Below are positions 17,101-25,132 of a stretch of DNA of 26,973 nucleotides, piece by piece (within the stretch, counting starts at the first letter, position 1; each line of letters begins with the position of its first letter). The notes beneath the pieces are model-generated. The model saw only the letters and a program-made list of their open reading frames with translations, made no database searches and was not told where the DNA came from. Source of the stretch: a virus (lineage: Duplodnaviria > Caudoviricetes); the IMG/VR virus record IMGVR_UViG_3300022178_000845, positions 1 through 26,973 of that record, one strand, 5' to 3'. Both the position numbers and the translations under genes were made by a program.

Positions 17101-17597
17101 CCTTTTATTACTGTTACTGCAGCAGTTTTATTATCATTTGAAAAAGAATCCAAGCGTATGGTTGCAACTGGAGTACTTAATGTCAGAGTGTCTCCCTCGG
17201 AGAAACCTGCGTCTACAATACTCTCTAAGGCTGTGATAGTAGTAGCTGTAGTTGCTAGAGTAGTACTCATAGTAGTACTTAGAGCTATAGAAGATACCTC
17301 TAGGTTGATGTTACTTGCACGTGCCTGAGTAGTCTCAGATACTGTACCGACTTTAAGAAGTCTATTCGCAACATATGTTTGAGCACCGTTGAGATTCCCG
17401 TTAATATCAGAAGTACCATCATCCCAAGTAATATCAAAAGAGCCATCACTTATATACGCATAAGACTTTGCATCCTCATTAGAAGCACCTGTTTCGGTTT
17501 GAAGAGGTTTTTCAAATTTTACTAAGTGTGCATACGAAAATACATCTCCATTAATTAGAGACTGTTCAAGTGCTGTTCCTACTGGTCTATGTGCCAT
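11181..17597 (-). CDS. Baseplate hub (Tal) / central tail fibre protein, ~2138 aa
   Basis: Follows Dit. Has Tal/tip-attachment motifs (LPVVYG, ALCEGEI, NPSMQVLDYITNNRYGRGL, YSNGKY), an FnIII-like segment (LQWT..YYYWVR) and a spike-like C-terminus (IDGGNIDTGTVTADRL..LRVHLGNL). Start likely ATG at 17597. Confidence 0.85.
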   Translation of the reverse strand: MAHRPVGTALEQSLINGDVFSYAHLVKFEKPLQTETGASNEDAKSYAYISDGSFDITWDDGTSDINGNLNGAQTYVANRLLKVGTVSETTQARASNINLEVSSIALSTTMSTTLATTATTITALESIVDAGFSEGDTLTLSTPVATIRLDSFSNDNKTAAVTVIKGTLTVASNLSCTLTYASGEVDGILTDTNATSYAGYINREVFIYKAHIDVDTGAIIGAPYLLFKGIIATGKLTEDPTKTSKVSWGLTSHWGDFVRVNGRLTSDAEHRALDGSGNSDKLAVIRPEYGNDLGFLHSETAINIISTYQIMETRYKEKRRGGLAGLFGGKRLVEYEVEVDREVDLRFNLDAKRLPVVYGVQRIDSFPIFTDTLKDNSGKIYVAYALCEGEIGGIFDIYLDDQSSICIDKNDEDTRSPVGSPAEVLCSGRMDRGDTLSPKATSNGSYTVSYEGASFSFGNGGIAAWDAANSILNLSGINLPNATPLAVVSGGVEIGTAGGSGITHGKGTHFSTPIDTKLTLHTGKEWQLSDDLLSSIAAANNFKIQSDYFTSTGDYWGPNHQLLDTAYVVAEFTVSEGEVTIPEMEFVVKGKLLECYNYDFSYLQDSYYSSDALSNFHPGDLVTVKNSVSGATISTVRIADIEAYQDTENNTAYRIRFKESPALGSVTAFYITDGTNNYYLATYDNILNSGSVSETLIAGATTTVSGTSIGLDVTPDAGTTSSFDSATLISQMLALGTANLLDTNEQYEQQTILGSNWYSTWDGTKWVSVGSTQVNAASVAVAEVTIKDCIALGASASAVDNAYNGQYIEVTHKFIDNTISVQKRKIIDYVGADRIAKVDSPWTETAIPVLGDTYKIISRGDLRVSTNPSMQVLDYITNNRYGRGLDLDKDIYLDSFTNSGRVCDTRSDVTMLFPSSANATAGAVYDLVDTGGVRRFQGTLKEDLTVVTDAAGNATGYKEGVFTDVVGKIARKWNNWYEFQDGEYIWWNSNIYEIATTGVVAADPTNTLVPSSSVQPLTKISGTGDSSLSIDVASTRTTFDGNPIVKKYVPASNSYANGYSLYDSDDVKYWRYLGWNAQSQDYVTRHQTNAVVNTTKSVFENINGMLGHFNGILRYSNGKYNLSVKTGTDSFGTAQVINEDDIIGSINLEDAGQKGTYNRVSVSIPDPQNRYEGRSVAFFNSTYLKQDRNVAKKGDIKTPYITNYFNARINAKQYLEQSRKGLKATFKIGPAGLLLTAGSLIKVNNSRLGWVNKEFRVSNLNFTDNCLVQVTAEEHSAEAYLIDSIANPEYSAGENSGAGTLSIAAPTTLVTPEADSNKVTEGRVILQWTNSTNFSPDTHTVQVWRTTANDIQDASLKMVGTSKTNEFIDIPLTEDTYYYWVRYEVIPKSRTKTVFGPYNAIRYAGTDTDFVFAQGASPTVSIRADNAFITYSTLGAEDPANQAIQLTASPKNQRTGANVQYKYTFTDGSATHTTSPISATTPPTETTVNLTTIGLAKPAASSSQAITVQLQEVVTNDDTTVTTTVIATDTMTLAGLQSGSQGPGGLTVVVSNEVHACPADGTGTILGGGFAGSGTTIQVFEGTNQLAVDNASPYAVSTFRVTNAATTGGVTGPTGTHSGTTFTVGDITALTSDTGTRPFTIDIVFADGTTTTVTKTQSFTRIKDADALTSTSSTVAGVTTVSFSDGSSFTINDGANGTTKGVAAIFASVQSPTPSQISYTQGSFAYVNYYEYTGTKPAIGAYSQSNLNALTFVKYIGEDGDSEGVLPVYADDASGTNKNLVRQAGQEFVQFYEWVGTAPTSAAGITGTWVKYVGESAISYQLSNPAHTVACDSSGTPLSGSFVGSGTDLKVFEGNIALNYAASGATPGTFSIFANGGSIVGTGVTPGAATQGGTHPTYYVDLADITAMSATTGNITFTVIGKRLDGTSFPSFTVVQAFSKVNAGASSTVPGPTGPDGLRTVQGYIYYEKTTSGAPLLGGTGTYSFASGGLTGLSTGVNTWTNEPRPQVPTSTNTHYTAKYYGTESSAGSSTINVNFSSVVQHTNFTGVVTFSSGTTITDGSNTLTPIDPAAVQSHIGGANVTTIDGGNIDTGTVTADRLQVGERNLTTSRLLLLDDSLKIFEGTTLRVHLGNLSNTDT

Positions 17598-17598
17598 A

Positions 17599-18312
17599 TT
17601 ATAATGCTTCCTCAAGTTTTAGTGAAAAGGAGTATAGGTTACTCACATTCAAAGAATATTGTTGTACGTCTGATGCGAGTAGTACTCGAACCATGGGATT
17701 GTTAAACTCTAGCTCTGAGCTAGCAAGTGTGACAGCTTTGACTAGTGGGGGTGTGAATTGTATACGGACTTCATTAGCTCCAAGCGCAGCACCCGAGTTG
17801 TCTGAAGTAGTCTCAACACGGGTAACTCTATAGGTCTTATGGTGGTTAGAATCAGAGATGTTAAACAAGTCGCCAGGTAAGGGCGTTTTATTAGTTGCCA
17901 CTGTATAACCCGACTTATCAAAAGTAAGGGTATTAGTACCTGCATTAGTATTTGATATAGGAGAAAACCCGTCTGTTGCAGCGACAAAAGTAGCGAAGTC
18001 TGTGTCTCGGGGTGCTTTGTTCTGGGGTAAAGATACTTTGAAAGGGGTTAGTCGCCCTCTCTGTAGTATAAAATTATAAACAGGCTCGAACTGCTCACGA
18101 GTCATAGGGTTATATTTAATATCTATAGACCAGTTTTGAGCGGCTACAGCTCTTGATATAACTCTCCCTGAATTTGTGCGATCTAACATAACGGGAGCCG
18201 TAGAAGAAAGAGATACGGAAGCGAAGCCTTCTCCACCTCCTCCGGATGCTATAGCCTTGCCTGAGTCTGTAATCAAATTATTCGGATCGGGTAGTATATC
18301 TGTATATGCCAT
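17599..18312 (-). CDS. Distal tail protein (Dit, T5 pb9-like)
   Basis: Lies between TMP and Tal; GFASVSL..RTNSGR..WSIDIKYNPMTREQF and FSLKLEEAL; 237 aa. Confidence 0.8.
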   Translation of the reverse strand: MAYTDILPDPNNLITDSGKAIASGGGGEGFASVSLSSTAPVMLDRTNSGRVISRAVAAQNWSIDIKYNPMTREQFEPVYNFILQRGRLTPFKVSLPQNKAPRDTDFATFVAATDGFSPISNTNAGTNTLTFDKSGYTVATNKTPLPGDLFNISDSNHHKTYRVTRVETTSDNSGAALGANEVRIQFTPPLVKAVTLASSELEFNNPMVRVLLASDVQQYSLNVSNLYSFSLKLEEAL

Positions 18313-21300
18313 TAGTATCTCCTAGCGCCTGCTGAAGAAGGGGTATACACAGAGGTATCGATTCCTTCCATAAAGTCTTGTCCATATGAATTTGCGGCTT
18401 CTCTCATCATGCCTATAATATTTCCTCGTTGTCTTACTAGTAGGTCTTCAACTCCGTCTGCATCAACTGCGTTGATTGAGAAGTTTACATTAGTGTTGCT
18501 ACCCATGTTCTGTCCTGCAGGTATTATATCCCCTGCTACTTCCGGCATAAATACTTCAGGTCCTTGCTCCCCGACTACGAAACCACCTGCTGCACGATTT
18601 TTATATCCTGAGAATGCGGGAGTAGGTCGGAAGTTTTCTGGCCCGCCCATGCCTGAGTCTCCTCTAAGATAAGAAAGTTCTCCGCCTGCTGACTGAGATT
18701 TAGCGGTATCTATGCTAGACTTTCTTTGCCCTACAGCTATGGAGGTAACGCCTCCTGCTCCTGCTCCTGTACCGCCACCCTGATAAGTCATGCCTGAAAT
18801 TATACCTAACTGAGCAGCACCCATTGCGCCCACCATTGCGGCCATTATAGCGCCTGTAACAGGGTCACTATGTGAGAATGCCTGCATTATACCGGAAGCC
18901 GTAGATATTACAGTTTGAGCCATTTTCATCTTCTTATCTTGCTCAAATGCTTTTCTCTTCAGAGCTTCTTTCTTCTTCTCCATAGCCGCTAGTTTTGCTA
19001 TACTTCCTGCGGACTTGCCGTCTCTCTTCTTCTCTGCATCAATCTGGGCATCTATAGCTGCTACAGCTGCTTTAGACTGCGCAGCCTGCATAGAACCAAG
19101 AGCTTGTAAAGCACCTGCTGCCATCCCTAAGCCATCTTGCAGAGATATAGGCCCTTCTTTCATCTGCTCAAAAGCACTCATAAAAGTTTCTGCAAGAACT
19201 GCAGCACCACTAAGGGCTGCTGACATTGCTTCACCTTCCGGCCCGAGTTTTGCAAGTTCAGCGCTCATAGGGCTTAAGGCATCTGCTACAGCTCCAATAC
19301 GGTCACTCATTGCCGGCCCTGGCGGTGGTGGCCCCATTTGTCCCTCGGGCATTGTAGGAGTAGTAGTATTCTCAATAAAGTCACTACTTTCCATGGTGGC
19401 CTTCATTTTAGCGACTGCAGATTGTCCAGATCCTTGAGTCTGTTCGATCAGCTTAATGTTTGCCGCCTGTAGGTCTACCCCAAGAAGTTGCTGTTTTAGC
19501 TTTAGTTCTTCTGCTAGTTTCCCATTTTTTGCGCCTTTTAACTGGTATGCTATTTCCTCTAAAGCTAGCAGCTTAGCTGCTACGTCTAATTCAAGGTTTC
19601 GAACTTTCCCTATTTCTCCGCTTAAAAAAACAGCTTCTTTGACAGATACGCTATGGGCCTCTTGAGCTTTTCTTAGTGCTACTAGGCTTGCATGATAGGT
19701 GTCTGTGTCTCCTATTGAATCCCCCAATGCGTTTGCATAATCAGCCTGAGCTGAATTTGCGGCGGCTAGACTAGCGTCATCCCCTAAAAGTCTGTAGCTT
19801 CTTGCGGCCGAATCTGCCGACTTCTTAAGAGTATTTAATAGGAATTCCGCATCTAATAAATTACCGTCCCCAATTGCTGAAGTTACTCCTTCTATTCCAT
19901 CTTTAAAGGCTTTGAACTCAGTAGTAGCATTACGAGAATGTATTTCTAAAAACTCCATAGTTTTTAGGCCTTCTTTCATATCTGGGTTATTAAGAGCAGC
20001 TGCCAATGCAGGAGAAAGTTGTTTTAAATCTTTCATCTCTCGGTGCAAAGCGCGCATGGCTTCTTTCTGCTGATCCACAGTCATAGTGGAGAACTCTATC
20101 TCATTTCCCATTGCGTCTAAGGATTTAGTAGTTTCTTTGATAGCTTTGATACGGTCAGAAAGAGATAGGCTTCCTATAGAGGTCGCTACGATTACGCCTC
20201 TCTCTGCTGCTGTCACTTCTTTAAGACTAGAGCTTAAACCTTTGATAGTAGCTCTAACATCCTCTCCCATCTTTCCGAACATTTTTAAAGTTGCTTCTAA
20301 ATTCTCTACCTGTGTATTTGCTTTATCAGCACTTGTTTCTATAGCTAAGGCCCAAGTACCTAGACTACTTGTTTGAAAGACTTCTTTAGTGTTAATTCCG
20401 GCCTCTGCTAGTTCTTGTATGGCGCCTGCTGCAGAGCCTGTTCTTTCTTCGAGTTCAGAAATTTGTGACATACCTGCGAAGCTTCCAGCTGCAGAGCCTG
20501 CGACAGCATTATAACCTTTTATAATAAAGTTTACTAAACCTCTCCAAGCATTAATCATAAAATCAATATATTTACCTATAAAAACCAGAGGTGTTTTTAG
20601 TGTTTTTAACATAAAGTTAGCCGCAGTATCGAATGCGCCTAAAAAATTAGAAACAATAGTGAAAGGGGCTTCCGCCACTTTTTTCATGGCCTCAAAGACC
20701 ATTACAAGTATGCCAATAAACCCGGCAAACCTCATCATCTTGCCAATCGCCTTTCCTGCAACAGTAGCAGCCTTTCCTAATGCACTAAAAGTTGTGGTAC
20801 CTACTTTCTTAATCTGTGCAAATCCTGTTTTTGCAGTAAGCTTGCCCTTTTTAAAACTTTGTTTCATTCGGTCAAAAAAGCGTACTTTTGATTTATCCAT
20901 ATCCATAAAAGACTTTTTCATATCTTGAACAATAGCGATATCCATATCTTTGAAAGTACCTTTTACAATTTTTCCGTGCAGCTTATATTGCAGTTCTGCA
21001 TCTTTTAACATCTTTTTAACTCGGCCCTTCTGCATAGGAGAGAGATCCTCTCCCTTTGCTAACTTACCTACTAATTTACTTTTTCCTGCCCCGGCATTTA
21101 TTGCTCGGGTAGCAGTTTTCTGACTTGCACTTACCGCCAAGGCATCAAGAGCTTTTTGACTTTTTTCTACTTCTATAGCATAGGCCCTCTGCTCTCCTAT
21201 GGCCTCCTCTGTTGCCCTCTGGGACTTTGCCATTGCGTTATCAATAGCATCGCCTAACATATTAGAAGGAACCATGCTTTTAAGAATACTTAAACCTAAA

Positions 21301-22166
21301 GCACCAAAAACTGCAATAGCAGCCATACCACTTTTATTAATAATACTTACGAGACCTGTTATCATAGGCATAACAAAATCTGTGCCCGCCCGTGTCAAAT
21401 CTTCAAAGGTTTTTTGTAGCACTACGAAAGGGTTAGTCTCTGCAGGGCCTGTTCCGAATAATTCATCTAACTGTCTTTGAGTCTCTAATAGTACTGCCTG
21501 ACTACGTTGAGTAGCTGTAAGTGCATCTGCCTGTACCCCTAAAGACTTGGCGTAGCTCTCAGTAGCAGTTTTTAAACGCAGAGTAATACCTAATTCATCT
21601 AATAGTTCCGGCTCCGCCTTAGAAGCACCCCGAATAAGGCGATCAAAAGCGTCTTCAAAACCTCTACCAAGGGCCGCTGCAGCTCTTTGTGCTCCCGCAG
21701 CTAATTTCTCGAGTTGAGCAGGTGAGAAGCCTTTGGCTACACCAATAGCAGCTGCTTCAGCCGCTTCTCGAAAACCAAGCATCCCTCCACTAGCCTGCCG
21801 GAGGCCTTCTGTTATAGACTGTAGTCCCAATCCTGTGGATGTAGCATAACGTATCTGGCTTTTCTCAAGTATTTGAACATCTGCCGCGCGTTTAAAGAAG
21901 TTGAAGGCTGCGGATAATGCGAACACATTTGCAGCTAAAGTAGCATACGCCGGGACTAATCCCCCTTGCATACCTGTTGTCATTTTTGAAAAGGCTTTGG
22001 TGCTATTAGAGGTAGCACCGGCTACCCCTTTTTGCTTTTTACTGTATTTCTCTGAAGAGTTAGTGGCTTTATCTGTAGATTTAGCGGCCTGTTCGGCTTC
22101 TTTACTGATAGCCTTCAAACTGCCATCTTGCATGACTTTAAATGTAACTGTTATTGTGTCTGCCAC
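18312..22166 (-). CDS. Tape measure protein (T5 pb2-like)
   Basis: 1284 aa, Ala/Lys-rich and helical, with hydrophobic segments, PELLDELGI and C-terminal VGEQGPEVF motifs; expected synteny. Confidence 0.92.
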   Translation of the reverse strand: MADTITVTFKVMQDGSLKAISKEAEQAAKSTDKATNSSEKYSKKQKGVAGATSNSTKAFSKMTTGMQGGLVPAYATLAANVFALSAAFNFFKRAADVQILEKSQIRYATSTGLGLQSITEGLRQASGGMLGFREAAEAAAIGVAKGFSPAQLEKLAAGAQRAAAALGRGFEDAFDRLIRGASKAEPELLDELGITLRLKTATESYAKSLGVQADALTATQRSQAVLLETQRQLDELFGTGPAETNPFVVLQKTFEDLTRAGTDFVMPMITGLVSIINKSGMAAIAVFGALGLSILKSMVPSNMLGDAIDNAMAKSQRATEEAIGEQRAYAIEVEKSQKALDALAVSASQKTATRAINAGAGKSKLVGKLAKGEDLSPMQKGRVKKMLKDAELQYKLHGKIVKGTFKDMDIAIVQDMKKSFMDMDKSKVRFFDRMKQSFKKGKLTAKTGFAQIKKVGTTTFSALGKAATVAGKAIGKMMRFAGFIGILVMVFEAMKKVAEAPFTIVSNFLGAFDTAANFMLKTLKTPLVFIGKYIDFMINAWRGLVNFIIKGYNAVAGSAAGSFAGMSQISELEERTGSAAGAIQELAEAGINTKEVFQTSSLGTWALAIETSADKANTQVENLEATLKMFGKMGEDVRATIKGLSSSLKEVTAAERGVIVATSIGSLSLSDRIKAIKETTKSLDAMGNEIEFSTMTVDQQKEAMRALHREMKDLKQLSPALAAALNNPDMKEGLKTMEFLEIHSRNATTEFKAFKDGIEGVTSAIGDGNLLDAEFLLNTLKKSADSAARSYRLLGDDASLAAANSAQADYANALGDSIGDTDTYHASLVALRKAQEAHSVSVKEAVFLSGEIGKVRNLELDVAAKLLALEEIAYQLKGAKNGKLAEELKLKQQLLGVDLQAANIKLIEQTQGSGQSAVAKMKATMESSDFIENTTTPTMPEGQMGPPPPGPAMSDRIGAVADALSPMSAELAKLGPEGEAMSAALSGAAVLAETFMSAFEQMKEGPISLQDGLGMAAGALQALGSMQAAQSKAAVAAIDAQIDAEKKRDGKSAGSIAKLAAMEKKKEALKRKAFEQDKKMKMAQTVISTASGIMQAFSHSDPVTGAIMAAMVGAMGAAQLGIISGMTYQGGGTGAGAGGVTSIAVGQRKSSIDTAKSQSAGGELSYLRGDSGMGGPENFRPTPAFSGYKNRAAGGFVVGEQGPEVFMPEVAGDIIPAGQNMGSNTNVNFSINAVDADGVEDLLVRQRGNIIGMMREAANSYGQDFMEGIDTSVYTPSSAGARRY

Positions 22167-22486
22167 TATTTTTGTCTCTTTAGCTTCTCCCTCTCTCGCT
22201 TAAGTTGCTCTTGAGATTGATTGATAGCCCTTGATTCTAGATAAGTTAGAATCTCTAAGAATAATCCGGTGTCTTCTATACCATGCATATCTATATAATA
22301 AGGTAGTGTTGTAAAATCTTTTCCCATATACCCTATATCAGGGTATACACGATCTCCCAAGCTTTGAAAAGTGATTAAAGCTTGTACTGCTATATCTGGA
22401 AAATCCTCTAAATCAGGAGGGATTTCGTCATCTAAAGGTTCTTGCCCCATCTGCTCGCACATCTTTAGATAACGATCTCTTGTCAT
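22166..22486 (-). CDS. Tail assembly chaperone, downstream ORF (gpT-like); probably expressed by frameshift
   Basis: Directly upstream of TMP; frame is open back to 22561; no clear SD before the ATG at 22486. Confidence 0.75.
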   Translation of the reverse strand: MTRDRYLKMCEQMGQEPLDDEIPPDLEDFPDIAVQALITFQSLGDRVYPDIGYMGKDFTTLPYYIDMHGIEDTGLFLEILTYLESRAINQSQEQLKREREKLKRQK

Positions 22487-22496
22487 CTTACTGTCA

Positions 22497-22946
22497 CTAT
22501 TCTTGAAGTAGTTTTCCAGCCTGTTGAACAGTTTTTCCTTCTGGCTTTGAGCGAAAGTTATCTAAATCGAAGACTACCTCGTTAAGCCATGTATCAAATT
22601 CAGTTGATGAGCTTACTAAAGTCTCTGCATTATCTGCGCTGTATTCTAGCTCTTTAGTAGGGTCTTGGCCAGAAATGTCAACTAGAAGTAAGGTCTCTAG
22701 ATGCGCGAGTGTCAAACCTTTCCAGTTCTTTACAACGCCATGAGTAAATTCAACTATAAACTTCTCTTCATCTAAATCTTCTACTGCTTGTCGTGTCTTA
22801 CGATCAAATTTAGTAGTAGTGCATCTTTTACGTAACCCGTTTAACTCTTTACGAGAGAGGTTGGCTACTTCTACTTCAAAACCTTTAAGTCCTGGGAAGT
22901 CAACCCAAACTGCTTTGGTGTCGACCATTAATTTCTTTAAATCCAT
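22497..22946 (-). CDS. Tail assembly chaperone (gpG-like)
   Basis: Acidic 149-aa protein between the tube genes and TMP; VKNWKGL and LDNFR motifs; AGGA RBS. Confidence 0.8.
   Translation of the reverse strand: MDLKKLMVDTKAVWVDFPGLKGFEVEVANLSRKELNGLRKRCTTTKFDRKTRQAVEDLDEEKFIVEFTHGVVKNWKGLTLAHLETLLLVDISGQDPTKELEYSADNAETLVSSSTEFDTWLNEVVFDLDNFRSKPEGKTVQQAGKLLQE
22551..22559 (-). other. Candidate +1 ribosomal frameshift site AAC UUU CGC
   Basis: The downstream ORF is in the +1 frame and opens immediately before this site; UUU to UUC allows tRNA-Phe re-pairing. Confidence 0.55.
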
Positions 22947-22970
22947 TGTTGTTCCTATATAAGTTAGTTA

Positions 22971-23870
22971 TTAAAAAGTAATTTTACTACTGAGATCAGT
23001 AGGATTGTCATTCATCTTCCAGTCATAGCTTTGTGTAAATACATCTTCAACTGTAGCTCTGTTTGTAAAACTGCAGTTTACTAGGTCAAACTGAACTCCT
23101 TGAGTAAGGCTAGTTCCAGCTTTTATCACAATAGGTATGCCTGTCTTCCAAGTCTGTACATTAGTTTTTGAAACGCTAGTAATGTACTGACCGATCGAGC
23201 CTGAGAGAATCCTTTTTTCCAAAGTGAAACTAGATGGGTACATTGAAGTGGCCGATGTGGTCACATTCAGTGCATCGTTGACGGTCTCGTACGCAGTCCA
23301 CTTAATATCATTCTGCAGCTCTACTGAGACTCTATATAATGCTTCCGACTGCAAAACATTATCTATAGACACCGATAGGTAATCGATAGTCTGGCGGGTT
23401 CTTGGTACACTTACGAAAACTGCTACGCCAGGTATACTGCCGGCAAATATCGAAAGTTTTGATGCTTCGCCAGATAATGTCAACTTAAGATTCTCTAATT
23501 TCTCAATTATGAATGTCCCATTAGTTATAACACATTTCTCTAGCTTGTATGTATCTGTGGCAGACTCTATGTATAAATCAAAAGTATTAAGAGTATACTC
23601 GCCTGTCTTGTAATCTATTAGTAGACCATAAACAGGGTCTAGGTCCGTCTCTTTTAATATAGGTAGCGTAAACTCAAAATTTGCAGGGTTCGCTTTTGTT
23701 ATATTCGAAGCCTCATGTACTTTATGCTGAGCGTGTAAAGTCTTCTGGGGATACGTTTTATCCGTAAAAGTTTGGCTGAAGCTTATATCGGGTCCTACAG
23801 TTAACTCGTACTTATCAGTACCAATAACTACGTAAACCTTTACTTCTTTTTTAAAATTGTAAGTAGCCAT
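22971..23870 (-). CDS. Baseplate-proximal minor tail tube protein (T5 p140-like)
   Basis: 299 aa, follows the major tube gene and resembles it (ISFSQTF vs FSFSQAT; RILSGSI vs RSISGSM). Confidence 0.75.
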   Translation of the reverse strand: MATYNFKKEVKVYVVIGTDKYELTVGPDISFSQTFTDKTYPQKTLHAQHKVHEASNITKANPANFEFTLPILKETDLDPVYGLLIDYKTGEYTLNTFDLYIESATDTYKLEKCVITNGTFIIEKLENLKLTLSGEASKLSIFAGSIPGVAVFVSVPRTRQTIDYLSVSIDNVLQSEALYRVSVELQNDIKWTAYETVNDALNVTTSATSMYPSSFTLEKRILSGSIGQYITSVSKTNVQTWKTGIPIVIKAGTSLTQGVQFDLVNCSFTNRATVEDVFTQSYDWKMNDNPTDLSSKITF

Positions 23871-23882
23871 TTTTCTCCGTAT

Positions 23883-23919
23883 AGCAGAAGGGGCCCAGAA
23901 AGAGCCCCTTTGCTTTTTT
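23883..23919. terminator. GC-rich hairpin, terminator-like (U-tract on the + strand side)
   Basis: AGCAGAAGGGGC-ccagaaaga-GCCCCTTTGCT followed by a T-run. Confidence 0.6.
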
Positions 23920-23929
23920 CTATTAACAT

Positions 23930-23969
23930 AGTATAGTCGAATAGACCATAAATGTCAAGAACTTTTTTT
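23930..23969 (-). promoter_or_regulatory. sigma70 promoter with upstream A-tract
   Basis: TTGACA (23958-23953), 17-bp spacer, TATACT (23935-23930); A7 tract upstream. Confidence 0.85.
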
Positions 23970-23976
23970 CAATTGG

Positions 23977-25110
23977 TTATGCACCAATGTACTTGATAGT
24001 TACCTCATCTGTCGCATCAATACTCGAAGGTAGAGACATAAAGTTAGTTTCTACAGAGATTACATCTTCAATAGAGTGGGTAGGGATTTCCAAGTGACAA
24101 GTAGGCATAGTTACTGCCAATTTAGGTACACCTGATCCAGTACCACCAATATTAAAGGTGAGAGCAAAAGAGTTAGTAACAACATTAGTAATAGCTTTTA
24201 GGTCTTCCCATAGATCAGAAGAGTGGTTCTGGGTTCCGCCAACATTCTTGCTTAGGTAACAAGTCATTGAACCAGAGATAGAACGTGTTCCAGTAACGTG
24301 ACCAATAGGAACATTTACTAAGCCGATTTCTTCGGGAGTAATAAAAGTAATGTTGTTAGACATTGTAATATTACCGCCTGTAAGAGTTATGTCATAAGAA
24401 GCTTCCAGCTCGTTTACGCCGTCGCCATCTGGATCTTGAGTAGTGGGAGCCACTGCAAGAGTTGTAAGACGGTTACGAATAAAGTTAGTAGTGCTAGTGA
24501 TAGACTCATAGATAGTAGCAGTGGGTAGGCCATTTGCTGTATCATCAGTAATCTGAGAACCCATGCCAGACCAGTTAACCATTGCAATACCATCAATATC
24601 AAAATCAATAGAGGCTTCGTTAACTACACAAGCAGCTATTTTATAAGACTTCTTGTTTGCCTCACCAACTACGAAGTAGATGTTTGCAGTACCAAGAGTA
24701 GACTTATTTGATTCACTAAAGTCAATATCTAGATCTGTCGCATCGGCTGTGAACTGGTTTGTAAAAGTACTAGAAGCATAAGCTGCAGGACCTGAGAACA
24801 GTGCCCATAAAACTTCTTCTACTGCGTGATGGTTTGCTGCAGTGTCTGATGCGCCCGCACCTGAGCCTGCTGAGATGAAAGGACGAACGTAGGTTGAGAA
24901 AGACCATTCGGCAGGTGCCAAAGAGTCATTAAACGCACGACGACCACGACGGCTTACGCCACCAACTGATTCCATCTCTGCGAGAGTGATCTCGCTTGAG
25001 TTTGTTGCTTGTGAAAATGAGAACCCATCCAATACTGGAATTTCCCATACGTCTGAGCCGATTTCGACATATACTTTCGTGTCGCGACTAAAATATAACT
25101 GCTGAGCCAT
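23977..25110 (-). CDS. Major tail tube protein (T5 pb6-like)
   Basis: SRDTKVY..WEIPVLDGFSFSQ..FNDSLAPAEWSFSTYVRP, VNEASIDFDIDGIA and FITPEEIG..TGTRSISGS motifs; AGGAG RBS; expected synteny. Confidence 0.88.
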   Translation of the reverse strand: MAQQLYFSRDTKVYVEIGSDVWEIPVLDGFSFSQATNSSEITLAEMESVGGVSRRGRRAFNDSLAPAEWSFSTYVRPFISAGSGAGASDTAANHHAVEEVLWALFSGPAAYASSTFTNQFTADATDLDIDFSESNKSTLGTANIYFVVGEANKKSYKIAACVVNEASIDFDIDGIAMVNWSGMGSQITDDTANGLPTATIYESITSTTNFIRNRLTTLAVAPTTQDPDGDGVNELEASYDITLTGGNITMSNNITFITPEEIGLVNVPIGHVTGTRSISGSMTCYLSKNVGGTQNHSSDLWEDLKAITNVVTNSFALTFNIGGTGSGVPKLAVTMPTCHLEIPTHSIEDVISVETNFMSLPSSIDATDEVTIKYIGA

Positions 25111-25132
25111 AGTTTTTCTCCTATGTTATCTT

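Noticed and set aside
1749-17615. Track start positions 1760, 3152, 5781, 7448 and 17615
   Set aside because: They extend into the upstream genes; the ATGs at 1748, 3131, 5769, 7436 and 17597 give coupled starts and, for the tips, consistent paralog N-termini.
22530-22542. GGAAAAA as a -1 slippery site in the tail chaperone
   Set aside because: The -1 frame terminates near 22485 and does not join the downstream ORF.
1337-24608. Short alternative-frame minus-strand ORFs (1337..1588, 5430..5630, 6899..7204, 11790..12083, 17742..17987, 24414..24608)
   Set aside because: Nested out of frame in well-supported genes, without protein-like features.
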